The notes under the pieces are model-generated. The model was not told where the DNA came from, did not search any database, and saw only the letters and a list, made by a program, of their open reading frames with translations. A stretch of DNA of 62,066 nucleotides, counting the filler, from Dugesia japonica (taxonomy: Eukaryota), in NCBI GenBank assembly GCA_001938525.1. It is 6 parts of 6 records of this genome, joined end to end, with 100 filler letters (N's around TTAATTAATTAA, not from the genome) between each part and the next. Parts side by side here need not be neighbours in the genome. Positions count along the whole stretch, not along the records: positions 9,983 to 19,393 come from MQRL01498233.1; positions 19,494 to 31,264 come from MQRL01593616.1; 4 more parts are not named here. One strand, given 5' to 3'. Shown here one piece after another: positions 11,761-23,915 of the stretch (its first letter is position 1; each line of letters begins with the position of its first letter). The translations under genes and the position numbers were made by a program.

Positions 11761-12421
11761 CTATTCCATTTTACTAGAAAATATATTACTAAACAAATCA
11801 TAATAAACATTATCTGTATCTGTTTTATTTAATTTGAAAAATATAAAACAATTAGAATTATTTCTAATGGAGTTTTTATCTAAATGAAAATATGTTTGCG
11901 AAATATAAATTACATTACAATTTACATGTCTTCCTCTTGTAAAATAACTTTTCTGGATTTCTTGATCTTTTACATTTAAAACATCATCAAAAATTATTAA
12001 ATTCTTTTTTACCTTAAATAATTTATCACAAGGAATAATTTCATTTGGTTTATTACTTAGAATTATGTTTATTAATCTTGGTTTATTTAACAAGTACTTC
12101 TTTTCTATAAACAATTGGATAACTTGTAATGGAGTAATTAAAGAATCGGGAACTATTTTTTTATGTTCAAAACTAAAAATAATATCTTGTTTTGTTAATC
12201 CATTTTCAAAACCATGGTAAAGTAATTGTAATTCAAATTGATTTATAGTTGTAGAATAAATTATCAGTGTCATAATCTAAAAACTCTGGTGTTAATAACA
12301 TTTTCATTAACAAAACATTTTTACCTGATCCTGACGATCCAATTATTAATAATCTAAAATTAGATAGATAGATTTTATTATTAAATATGTTTTTATTTTT
12401 ATTCCAAATTAACGAAGCCAT
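11761..12421 (-). pseudogene. A32/FtsK-like DNA packaging ATPase (frameshift near 12270)
   Basis: Walker A IIGSSGSGKN, Walker B LIIFDD, RGRH motif, YISQ and IRNN across ORFs 12233..12421 and 11761..12273. Confidence 0.93.
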
Positions 12422-12789
12422 TTTTATTTAATAAAAAATTAGGATTTATTATTTTTCTCTTTTAAGTAATCATTAGTCAATTTACTAACACTCATATTTA
12501 ATATAGCTAAATTAGACATACCCATATTTTTAAAATTTACATTATTATAAAATTGAATTTCATCTAATTCTTCTTGAGACATTTATTCAGAAGTATTAGT
12601 AGTTAACCGCTTACAAAACGTTTTAGGTCTTTTGTCACTCTTCGTTTGCGTTAGCTCTTCTTTGTATTGTATTTGCTCTTCTTTATCATTTTCAATTGTT
12701 TCATTATTATTTTCAATAGAGTTTTTAGAGCTTTGTGTATTTCCAATAGTTATATTTTATTAATTTAAAATTTATAAAAATAACAATTT

Positions 12790-13293
12790 TTAATTATTAT
12801 AATCAGAAGTTATTTTATCATCTAAGAATTCATCTATTTCATCTTTTTGTGAAGTAGCATCCATAAAAGAATTACCTAGTTTATTGACAACTAGATTTAA
12901 TATACTTATACTATATAGATCCATATTATTAAAATTAAAATTTTTAAAATCATTATTCAAACCAGAAATTTCTTCATCTATTTCATTTTTTGTTTTATAA
13001 TCATAAGTATCAGCAGTTATCCACTTCCAAAATAATTCTGGCGGATTTCTTAGATTTATAAGCGCAAGTGATTTCTTACAATATTTATTTTTTTCTGATT
13101 CTTTTTTAAATTCTTGTTAAAATTCTTCTTTTAATTGTTCTTTAAATTGTTCTTTTAATTGTTCTTTTAATTGTTCTTTTAATTGTTCTTTTAATTCTTG
13201 TTTTAATTCTTGTTTAATTTTTTCTTTTAGAGTATTTTTTGATTCTTCTTTTAAAATACCTTTTAAAATGAAATCAAAAGAATTCTCATTCAT
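12790..13293 (-). pseudogene. Polinton orphan ORF with a (LKEQ)n coiled-coil repeat
   Basis: MNENSFDFILKG...KQELKQELKEQLKEQLKEQLKEQFKEQLKEEF*...; 12-bp tandem repeat at ~13126-13215; one in-frame TAA. Confidence 0.55.
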
Positions 13294-13314
13294 TTTAATT
13301 TATTAATTTTAAAT

Positions 13315-14155
13315 TTATAAAACAGTTTTCTGAAGTTCATTACTATAAAATCTACACAAAATCTTTTCATTCTCCAAATCATTAATACCATAAGTAAAAG
13401 GTTTTGTTTTATAAACTTGAGTTACTATAAATATTTCATTTGTCCATTTAGCTGTAAAACCTTTTTCAAATTTATATTTTTATTTAAATATTCTAACTCT
13501 ATCTCCAATTTTAAATTTTTGTTTCTCTTTTAAATCATCATTTTCATGATGAGACCCTTTGGGATTATGATCTTCGATTATTTCTTTTATTTTATCTTAA
13601 TTATCACTAGCATCTTTTGGAGTTGTTTTTATACTAAAATGAATTGTATTATTATAATCATTTACAATCTTTTGTAATAAATTATTATTCCATTTTTGAT
13701 TTCCAACTAATGTAAAGTATTTCCACATTTTATTTTTAGAGTTCCAATAAATCTTTCAGCAAAAACTGATTTACCCTCATTTTCTGTATGGTATAAATTA
13801 ATGTCATTTACTTTAAGAAATTTATCAAAGTATTTTGATCTAATCGCTGATTCCTAGTCAAATCAAATATAATTTGAAATTCTAACATTTTCTTCAAATA
13901 TATTTTCATAAGCTTCATTTAATGATTCCTGATTTTTATAATTCATTGGAACACACAAACAAAATCTGGAATGTAAATCAATACAAACTAAATATATCTA
14001 TATTTTTCTTTACTAATAGATTTTTAACCATGGCAATAATGTCACAACTCCAAGTATTATCTTTTTCTTTTATTATTACTTTTAGGAAATGTTTTAATCT
14101 TTATGTAATTCATTTACAAGTAAGGAGAAAACGGAGTTAGCTCCTTCATTTGCAT
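13315..14155 (-). pseudogene. Polinton retroviral-like (c-)integrase
   Basis: Manual translation with stops and frameshifts: WSCDI...CIDLHSRF...YHTENEGKSVFAERFIGTLK...YNNTIHFSIKTTP...FKIGDRVRI...FEKGFTAKWTNEIF...FYSNELQK. Confidence 0.93.
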
Positions 14156-14179
14156 TATTTTAATATTTGAGCTTACAAC

Positions 14180-14610
14180 AGCACCTAAAATAATTTAACC
14201 CTTCATTGCTAATTTTACTAAACCTCTTTATATTTATTCAGAAGTAGTTAGATTTTGGATATTATTTAAATCATGAATTAAATCTACGTCAGCTGAATGT
14301 CTATCTCTTAAATCTTCTGACTTGTAAGATAAATCATATTTTAAAGCTGCTTCATCAACTCTATTAATTGGTTCTTCTCCAAGTTTTGGATTATCTTCAG
14401 AATTTAATCTTAAATCTAATCTTCTTCCTGATCCAGTATAATTATGTTTGAACAAATGTCTTTCACCAGGACATTTTCCCCAAGTAAATGGTTTTAGAAT
14501 GTTACTTGTTAATTTAGAAGATTGAAGATCACCTCCTTTTTTAAAAAAAATTCGTAAATGTCTAGCTTTATTTTTTCTAGGTAATATTTTACAATTTTCA
14601 CAAATACATT
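14180..14610 (-). pseudogene. Parvovirus-type phospholipase A2 (PLA2x) virion protein
   Basis: HNYTGSG...PINRVDEAALKYDLSY...DRHSAD; the canonical GPG and HDxxY motifs are changed to GSG and YD. An N-terminal CxxC remnant is present. Confidence 0.85.
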
Positions 14611-15630
14611 TATTATCAATATTAAATTTACATTCATTTATAAGGTAATATGTATTGTTTAATTGTATTTGAATACTTTTTAGAGAATAGTATTTAGTTA
14701 CATCTACTGCTGGAGTTCCTTCTTTAACAGTTTTCGATATTCTTCGAATAAGTAAATTATTATTCTTTTGATAAGAAATTTCTGAATCTTTTACGCCTAT
14801 AAATATATATCTTGGTTTATAAGTTAAATGACTTAGTTTAATGGAATAATAATTTCCTGAATCTAATGTTGTTTTTGAGACAATTTTATTTAAAAAGGAA
14901 ACTTGAATAGATTTATTTGTATTATTTCTTTCTAAAAGATTAATTTCCATTTTTGGAAGTAATCTACATTCTGGAATACGTAATCCTAAAGTTGTTCATT
15001 TTAAAGTTGCTGTTTAATCTTTATCCCCATTAAATAATAATTTATCATTCATTTGCATATTACATGTAAATTTAATCATTATATTATATAGTAATCTATT
15101 ATAACATTGCATAAATCCAAATAAATTTTTTAATGGAAAATAACCTTCAAATTTCTTTTTTGAGTTATAAAGTTTATTTCTTTTATAAAACCTATATTTG
15201 CATCAAGACCTTCTACATCAACATCACCATTATTTGTGTCCGGTAACCAACCTGATAATTCTCCATAAATATTTTTATAAGTTGAACTAGTTGTTATTAA
15301 ATTTAAAATTGTTGATGAAATTCAAGGGTCATTAATTATTTCTACATCTGAAGATCCTAAAGTTAATCTCATTGTTTTAAATAAACTTGGAAACCAATTA
15401 TTTTCCAAAATTATTTTATCTCCATCTTTAACATCAATCTCTATTTTAAAATATAACATTGAATTACAAATGTCTAATGGATTTGAAGATTGTAAAGATT
15501 GAAAAGTTTTACCTCCAGAAGACATTAAATTATTAATTGAACCAGATGAAGGTGAAATTCTTAAAACATCATTTTTCATAAATAAATGTTGAAAATTAAT
15601 ATTGTAATCAAGATAAAGTGTTGTATTCAT
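14611..15630 (-). pseudogene. Polinton double jelly-roll major capsid protein (C-terminus deleted)
   Basis: LENNWFPSLFKTMRLTLG...GWLPDT...GF.KRN...FEGYFPLKNLFGF...YNRLLY...KPRYIFIG...IQLNNTYY, with several stops and frameshifts. Confidence 0.8.
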
Positions 15631-16068
15631 TTTCTTTAGTAATAAAATAATAAAAACTATTTGCATTTGCGGTTGCGTTTGCATTTCTAGTAATACAAAA
15701 TAACAAAAATCTATTTTTTATAATATTGATAATTATTCTTACATGTTAAATTTTTAATATTAGATTTATGAATGGGACCTTTTGGGATTTCTTCAATTTC
15801 CTCTTTTGAATAAACAACACCTAGAGGTTTAAATTTATTTATAAGACTTTAAATTTATTTTTACTAATTTTAATTTTTTTATTACAATAACCACAAAACC
15901 ATTCATAATTAATTTTGAATCTACATTCACCTAAATCTTAATGTTTATATAAATTAATTTTACCATCAAATTTTTCTTTACAAGTTTATTCTTTCATTTT
16001 TATTGTTTAAAAACTTTTATTATATTTTTAAAAATAACAAAAAGTCAAATAACCAAGACATCCACCTA

Positions 16069-16215
16069 AGTAGTGTATAAATGACGGCTTCCCGTTGGTA
16101 TTGCAATTTATTTTCATAATACAAAATTTTATATTGTTTTTTTTTCTAGGTATTAAACATGTAGGTGAAGGAAAAGGGCAGAATCTTGGAGGGAAGCCAT
16201 CATTTATACACTACT
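16069..16215. repeat. Polinton terminus with a 25-bp inverted repeat
   Basis: AGTAGTGTATAAATGACGGCTTCCC (16069-16093) matches the reverse complement of GGGAAGCCATCATTTATACACTACT (16191-16215) at 24/25. Confidence 0.9.
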
Positions 16216-18105
16216 AAAACTTATTTGAAAACTATATTAATTAATTGATATTATTAAAACACATATCACAATCCCCTTTCTTTTAAGGGTTGATTATATG
16301 TTCGGGACTTGCCTTCCTCTCTCTCGTTGGATATTGCCTTTTACATTATTCTGAGTTGTCTAGAAGAACAGGTTTTACATCACTGTTGTTAACTGACGAA
16401 AATGTGACACTAATGATTGATTCATCAATCGTTGCTTTTTATTTCTGAATTCTCCATTGAATCGTTTAACTTGGGGAAGATTTCGACGAATTACTTTCAT
16501 TCCATCATCTAATTCTAAGTTATTATTACTGAGAAATATGCTTACGATCCGCGGTCCTATATATCGTTTTGCAAGCAATCCTCTCTTTTCTGTTTTTACC
16601 ATTACCCAATCTCTAATCTTTAATATAGTATTCTGATTTTCTACTTAATTTCTTTTTGGAATCTGTTTTCTCTTTTCGGTTATTTTCTGTTATTTATTCC
16701 TAAATAAAATTTTGTAAGGTGAAACTCAAGTTTTTTGTTATTTGATGATCTCATAATTAATTCAACAAAAGGAATTGCTTAAACCCACGATTGGTTATGT
16801 GTCTTACAAGATGCATATAATTTCTCTTTTGCTGTTCTAAATACACATTCTATAAACCCATTACTCTGATGATAATATGGTGGTGAAAATGATTGATTTA
16901 TTTGTAACTTATTACACAATTCCTTCATTATTCCCGATTTAAATTATGTTCCGTTATCAGAATGAATTATCCTCGGAATCCCTAAGTACGCTATCTATCT
17001 TTCAAATATTAGTTCGGTAACTGTTTTTGCAGAAATATCCTTCAATAATATTAACGCTATATATCTAGAAAAAACATCGATGATTCCTAAAATATATGAA
17101 TATCTCTCGGAATTTGGTAACGGTCCCGTTAATTCCTATTAGGACTTTTGGAAACAATTTATCTACAATACTCATCCTAATTCTATTAGTTTTATTTCCT
17201 ATAGTTACATTTATAAAAGAATATTACCTAAATCTGGATATATGTCCGGATTTGTTACAGTTCCGGCACAGCAATGGTTTGTTAAAATTTCGAGCAATAT
17301 GACCTTTTCCATTGCAATTATAACATTTTATTTCTTGTTTGATATTTGAACTGGATACTTCAGACAATCTGTTTCATAGTTTCTTTCCAAATACTTTATA
17401 CGATCTTTATACTTTATTCTCCGTTTTAAGATTTCCATTTCTTGTCATTTTTCTGTGTTAACATCATTGATAATAATTCTCAATTTATCATTATTTTGAG
17501 TTTTATCTTCCTTTTTCATAAAATTAAAAGCTTCTTCCAGAGTGTTTGGTTTCATAATTTCCGTGGCTCTGACTGCAAAACAATTATTTACCCCTTTCAA
17601 AATTTTGATAGCGGAGTTTTCTCTCTATCAAATTCATCAAAATCTGGCATTTTCAGAATTCCAGCAACTCTGGTGGCAATTAGATACTGTCAAAAAGTCA
17701 TATCTTCCTGCTTTAAGGATAAAAGATTAATTATTAGAGTTATCTTGGTTCATTTGATCTGATACAATTCAATTAAATTTTCTTCAGCCATTCATAATTT
17801 GATTTAAACTCTGGAATTGATTGGAGTTCAAAAATTGCTTCTTCTTCTAAACTTCCAAAAACTTCTCTGAAAATTGTTTTGGATCACCAATTTTTTGTTC
17901 TTCAGCAAATTTTTCGAATTCGGTAATATGAATAGAAATATTTCATCCGATTGTAAATTTCTTGGAAAACATCTTTTTTTCATTTAACCAGTCGATAAGT
18001 TCCTCCAGGAATGATCGTGACGCCATGTTATTGATAAGAAATAAAGTTATTAAAATTTTATTTGAAAACTACACATAATAATTAATATTATTAAAACAAT
18101 TAGCA
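16216..18105 (-). mobile_element. Internally deleted Gypsy LTR retrotransposon (gag - protease remnant - integrase) with ~80-bp LTRs
   Basis: 5' LTR ~18105-18026 ends ACA and is followed by PBS TGGCGTCACGA (tRNA-Ser-like). Contains two CCHC-type knuckles (CYNCNGKGH, CRNCNKSGH), integrase motifs IIDVFSRY, IHSDNGT, PYYHQSNG and YIGP, then PPT AAAAGAAAGGGGAT and a 3' LTR starting TGTGA at 16270. Confidence 0.88.
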
Positions 18106-19492
18106 TAATACTGTATGAAAACATTATTTCAGTGACTGTATACATGATTATATAATAGACTGTACAAAACTATATGATGTTGCGTCACGAGTAGGAAGGT
18201 CTGTGCTTGAGCGTTATTATCTACATACTTTCGCGAATTTAATCAATTCTAATTTTCCATGTAAATCAAGTTCAAAGTATATTCCTTTATTTTAGTTAGC
18301 CATTTTGATAAATGACTCATTCAAATATTTAATTTTTGAAATTAGCAATGTGGTTGAAAAATATACCCTGTTTTAAAATACGTATCACACATATTGTTAA
18401 AAAAAAATTTTACTAAACTTTCAAAAAGTATACATTTTTTGATAAATTGTACTTTTCTTAGCGAAAATAAATATTCAATTTTCATTGTGGAAGAAATCAA
18501 TGGTTTTTTTTATTTGACTTCATTCATTTAAACCAGGGTTTAAAAAACTGAACTTTATTTAAAACTGAACCCGAAACCAGAGTGGTTCACTGAAAACTCC
18601 GGAGTCGAACCCGAACTATATGAAAAAATAGAATATTTAAATCCATCTGAAAATATCCAAAAATTAATTCGCTTGATTATTCAAATAACTAAAGATCTAA
18701 CTATTTTCTGAAGACGTGAAACCCGTAGAATCGTAGGAAATTTAGACAATCAAAAACTTCTCTAGCTGTTTATTAAAAATTCCTATAAAATCAACAGAAG
18801 ACCAAGAAAACAAGCTCTTTATCTATTCTGTAATTCCATGGGACAAACAGTATTTATCTGGTAAATGACATTCTATTAATTATTGTTTTTCAAAAATATA
18901 GTTAGAATATTTCAGCTGAACAAAATCATCGATAAAAACAAATTAATGACTTATAACACCACTAGAAAAGAACATCTGTACACTTTTCTTCATATTTCAT
19001 TGTTAAATTAATCTCAAATGGGTATTTTTCTATCGATAAAGTAACAACAATCATCAATCCGACCATCTGTTGAAACCTAATTTCAATTTCCATGACTTAT
19101 TAAAAAATATATAAATTTAAAGTTAATCTTGGTTTTTAATTATTATTAATTTAATTAGGATTTAAATATCGATATTTCAGTATTCTTTGTCCCTTTTCAA
19201 CATATTTCTTCTGGATTTGAAGCTTAACACTTATCTTTTGGTAAATTTTCGTGACCTGTCTATGGTAGGTCAGGATCAGAATAGTCAATTGTTGTAATAC
19301 AAGGTTTATTGCGTAGTAAATTAACGAATCATCGCGGTACTCTTAAAATAACTGGTGTAAATGTTAAACAGTCAATTGTAGAGGTATCACTGTNNNNNNN
19401 NNNNNNNNNNNNNNNNNNNNNNNNNNNNNNNNNNNNNTTAATTAATTAANNNNNNNNNNNNNNNNNNNNNNNNNNNNNNNNNNNNNNNNNNN

Positions 19493-20519
19493 NTACTCGA
19501 GTTAACCTTTCACATAAATTATCAGTAGTTTATGCAATATTAATACAATCCATATTTGTTAATTTAACATCATCTCCATCTTCCCATTTTATAAATGAAA
19601 GTTTTATACCTGGATGTTCAATAAATTTTGGTTTTGGTTCTAAGTTATATTGTTGTCTTAATTTATTATGTTCATCTCTTTCCTTTTGAAAATCTCTTTC
19701 TAATTGTTTTATTGTTTCTACATTTNGAAGTGCTTGTTTAGATAAATTATTTATTATATCTCCTTTACATTCTGATTCATAAAATTTTGAAATCAATATA
19801 GTTAATAATGTTTGAAACTTTTCACTTTCTTTAAAATTATCAACTTGTAAATACATTTCTTTTAAAAGACCCAAATATTTATTTACTGTTTTCATTGAGT
19901 TTTTCGCATTTACCAAAATTATTAATTTCTTCAAAACTAAAATTTTCAACCTTTGAAAAATTATTTATACTATTATATAAAGTATTTAAATTTAAAACTT
20001 CTTGTGGTTTCATAATAACATTTTTACTAGCCATTTTTCTAAAGATAAATTTAACATATTATAATTTTCTTCTAATAGTTTTTTCCATACATTTTAAAAG
20101 GTTATTATTACTCATTTTTCGATAATCCACTCTCATTTGCGCTAGCTCGATGGGGCCCGTTGGGATTTTGTATTTGACTTTTATCAAATCGTTTTATTAA
20201 AGATTTATATTGACTTTAATGTTTTTTTCTATTATAAGAAATATTAAATTATCTTAAACATTTTGTTACTGTTTTTTCATTTACATTATTTTGTTTACAA
20301 AATCTTGAAATAGGATTTTCTATAAAATTATAACTTTTGAGAAGTTTATAAAAATTCCTTTGTTCATTACTAACCATTTTATTAATAAAAATTTTACAAT
20401 ACCTTTACTATTCGATTACTATTGGATTACCATACGATTAATATTCGATTACGATTACGATTACGATTACGATTACGATTACGATTACNNNNNNNNNNNN
20501 NNNNNCGATTACGATTACT
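19493..20519 (-). mobile_element. Probable second Polinton-family fragment with orphan ORF 19530..19949 and an (ACGATT)n tandem array
   Basis: Shares two GC-rich motifs (20128-20166) with the 10.8-16.2 kb Polinton; compact K/N-rich ORFs; (ACGATT)n at ~20413-20519. Confidence 0.5.
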
Positions 20520-21018
20520 AAAATATTAATAAAAAAAACTGTTTTATTTTTTTAAGTTTTTATTTTCACTCTTTGTTTGTATTAACTCATTTTTTATTAA
20601 AAATTCAGATTAACCATTAACATCTGTTTTATAATTTAAATATGTTTTTCAAAATTCAAAAAATAAAATCTTAAAATTCAAAAAATCAACCGATAACCCA
20701 AGTAGATGTAAAATGGGGTTTTCCGAGAAATTGTTTATTTATATTTACTTTACACTATTTTTTCCCAGATCACATCGTGAGGTTAATGAAGGTATACAAC
20801 CTTGATCAGAAAACGCCATTTTACATCTACTAGTCCAGTCTCCTTTGATAATGATTTGAATACATNTTCGAGTACAGAAAGCAGTGAAGGCCGTAGAAAA
20901 AAAAGTGTCGTTTTTGATGACTCTGTAAATTGGTCGAATGTAATATATGATGCCATAAGGATAGCACTAGTAAAGAATGCAATATATGTAATGTAATGAA
21001 TGCGATTTTTCAATAACT

Positions 21019-21197
21019 AACTGCAGAAGGCAATGATATGACAACGGGGCAAACATGAAAAGTAATAATTCCGGTGTCCAGCAAAGAATTCTTAACATCA
21101 ACCCACTAAAAATCTTTGTTCCTTGCAGTTGTCACAGTTTAAATCTTGTTGGCGATGCAGCAAAATCCATAGGTGCTGCTTCCTCGTTTTTTAGTTA
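21019..21197 (+). mobile_element. hAT transposase fragment (ZMYM1/DUF4371-like)
   Basis: CRRQ*YDNGANMKSNNSGVQQRILNINPLKIFVPCSCHSLNLV. Confidence 0.85.
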
Positions 21198-21204
21198 GTA
21201 GATA

Positions 21205-23361
21205 TATATGTCAGCACGGGAACAGTCTCCCCTCCCGCCGCCGATTGTTTTTGACAATTTGACAGTTTTGGTGTTTTTAACATGTAGGATTTTAATTGGA
21301 AGTTACGAATACATGAAAAAGATTTTTTGGAATTCGGGTTGGAATGGTCGAATTTTAGCTCAAGGAGGTCATATTTTATTTTATGATTTTAAATTTGGTA
21401 CCGATCGTCTTGAAATTGAAAGGCAAACATATTTTGTATGGGGTTTCCTATATGAATATGCTTGGTTCTCTCATAAAAGGTATGTCAGAACGGGAACACT
21501 TTGACTTGTTTTTTAAATTTCTCAACCAAAACTTATGGATCTCAAAATAATAGCATTCAGTGCAAAATAAAATTCTGAACATATTTCGTATAAGGTTTGC
21601 TGTAAAAATATGCTTAGTTCAAAAGATAGAAAATTCCCGGTGACCATGACCCACCGAGGATGAAAAATTACACTTTAAAAATACTAATGATAATCAAACA
21701 AATTTGGTATCGATTAACTTAGAATTTCAAACTTAACATTTTTTGTATATAATTTCTTATATGAATATGCTTGGTTCTCTCAGAAAAGTTATGTCAGCAC
21801 GGGAACACTTTGACTTGTTTTTTAAATTTCTCGGTCAAAATTTATTTTATGATCATGAAATTCCAAGCATTCAATTCAGAATAAAATTTCAAACATTTTA
21901 TGTATAGGGTTTCCTATAGAAATATGCCTAGTTCAAAAGATAAAGAATTACCGGTTACTACGTCTCACTTTAGATAGAAAATTATTTTTTTCTAGAAAAT
22001 ACTTAGGATAGTCAAACAAAACTGAAAATATTTCTCACAGGGTTTATTGTACAAATATGTATGGCTCTCAAAATAATATATAATTGTTTATAAATTAAAA
22101 TTATAATTAAAATAATAATAATTTTTAAAATATTTTAAGACCATTAAACTCAAAATAAAAAACTGAACATTTTGTATACAGGGTTTGATGTATAAAAATG
22201 CTTCATTTTAATAATTTTATTTCATNNNNNNNNNNNNNNNNNNNNNNNNNNNNNNNNNNNNNNNNNNNNNNNNNNNNNNNNNNNNNNNNNNNNNNNNNNN
22301 NNNNNNNNNNNNNNNNNNNNNNNNNNNNNNNNNNTGATTTACATTTAAAAATAAGCGTTAGAAAGTTTTACAAACTATTTCCATTAAAAATATAAAAAAT
22401 TGTAAAAACTGAAAATAATAATAAAATGGTATTGATAATAAATTAAAGCTATTAAAATATCACCATGGTAACACATGTTAAATTTAAATTTTCAAAAATT
22501 TATAAAATTTACAAAATAAATCTATGAACAACAACAGTNNNNNNNNNNNNNNNNNNNNNNNNNNNNNNNNNNNNNNNNNNNNNNNNNNGGTTCTCTCAGA
22601 AAAGTTATGTCAGCACGGGAACACTTTGACTTGTTTTTTAAATTTCTCGGTCAAAATTTATTGTATGATCATGAAATTCCAAGCATTCAATTTAGAATAA
22701 AATTTCAAACATTTTATGTATAGGGTTTGCTATAGAAATATGCCTAGTTCAAAAGATAAAGAATTACCGGTTACTACGTCTAACTTTAGATAGAAAATTA
22801 TTTTTTTCTAGAAAATACTTAGGATAGTCAAACAAAACTGAACATATTTCTCACAGGGTTTATTGTACAAATATGTATGGCTCTCAAAATAATATATAAT
22901 TATATAAGTATTGATAAATTAAAATTATAATTAAAATAATAATAATTTTCAAATATTTTTAGACCACTAAACTCAGAATAAAAAACTGAACATTTTGTAT
23001 ACAGGGTTTGATGTATAAAAATGCTTCATTTTAATAATTTTATTTCATATGTTTATTTTATTTCATTGTTAATAAATTTCAAAAATTTACATTTTATTTG
23101 AAATTCATGATTTTTCTAGTAAATATCAATTTTTGATGATTTTTATAATATAAATTTTGATTTACATTTAAAAAGAAGCGTTAAAAAGTTTTACAAACTA
23201 TTTCCATTAAAAATCTAAAAAATTGTAAAAACTGAAAATAATAATAAAATGGTATTGATAATAAATTAAAGCTATTAAAATATCACTATGGTAACACATG
23301 TTAAATTTAAATTTTCAAAAATTTATAAAATTTACAAAATAAATCTATGAACAACAACAGT
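21205..23361. repeat. Complex degenerate tandem repeat (~310-bp units with ATGTCAGCACGGGAACA), partly duplicated across a gap
   Basis: Motif at ~21208, 21482, 21791 and 22607; ~21770-22538 recurs at 22589-23361. Confidence 0.7.
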
Positions 23362-23584
23362 AAAAACATAAAAATTTAAATTACAAGATTTATTGATTAG
23401 ATATAATTTTTCAAAATACTAAATATTTTTTAAAATATAATTAGGCTAGATTACATTAATAGACTAAACTTAAATTAAATTATTGTAATAAATTAAATAA
23501 TTTACTTGAATTGACTGATTTGAGCATATACTATGACAAAATACTATCTATGGGTGGTGTTAATTGGTGTTAATTGGTTTACAA

Positions 23585-23915
23585 TTTCCACTACTTTACT
23601 ATATCTACTGTCTTACTGTAATCATTTGCTTACTAAAACTATTTGGTTACTGTATCACATAGACTTTACTATATCACTTGGGCTCACAGCGTCCATTGGT
23701 TTACTGTGAGCATTGGGTTTATTGAAACACATGGGCTTACTGTAACACATTCGCTTACTATATCCATTGACTTACTCTATCCATTGTGACCATTGGCTTT
23801 TTTGAAACATATTGGCTTACTCTTTCTATTGATTTACTGAAAATCATGGGTTTTACTGTATCAGATCGATTTTCTATACCAATTTGCTTACTCTATCTAC
23901 TTGTTTACTCTATTT
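23585..23915. repeat. Degenerate 18-bp minisatellite
   Basis: Units such as TTACTGTATCCATTGGC recur about every 17-18 nt. Confidence 0.65.

Larger units (their letters stand above)
10850..16215 (-). mobile_element. Polinton/Maverick (adintovirus-like) element, decayed and partial
   Basis: Co-oriented MCP, PLA2, c-integrase, A32-like ATPase and pX-like genes; right end ...ACACTACT matches the AGTAGT-type Polinton terminus. No pPolB or protease recognised. Confidence 0.92.

Noticed and set aside
1021-13120. Repeated in-frame TAA/TAG in element genes suggesting an alternative genetic code
   Set aside because: Stops fall at expected Q, W and K positions alongside frameshifts, and the host kinesin exons have none, so this is ordinary decay.
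20413-20519. (ACGATT)n as a telomeric repeat
   Set aside because: Short, internal, not TTAGGG-like, and adjoining Polinton-like DNA.
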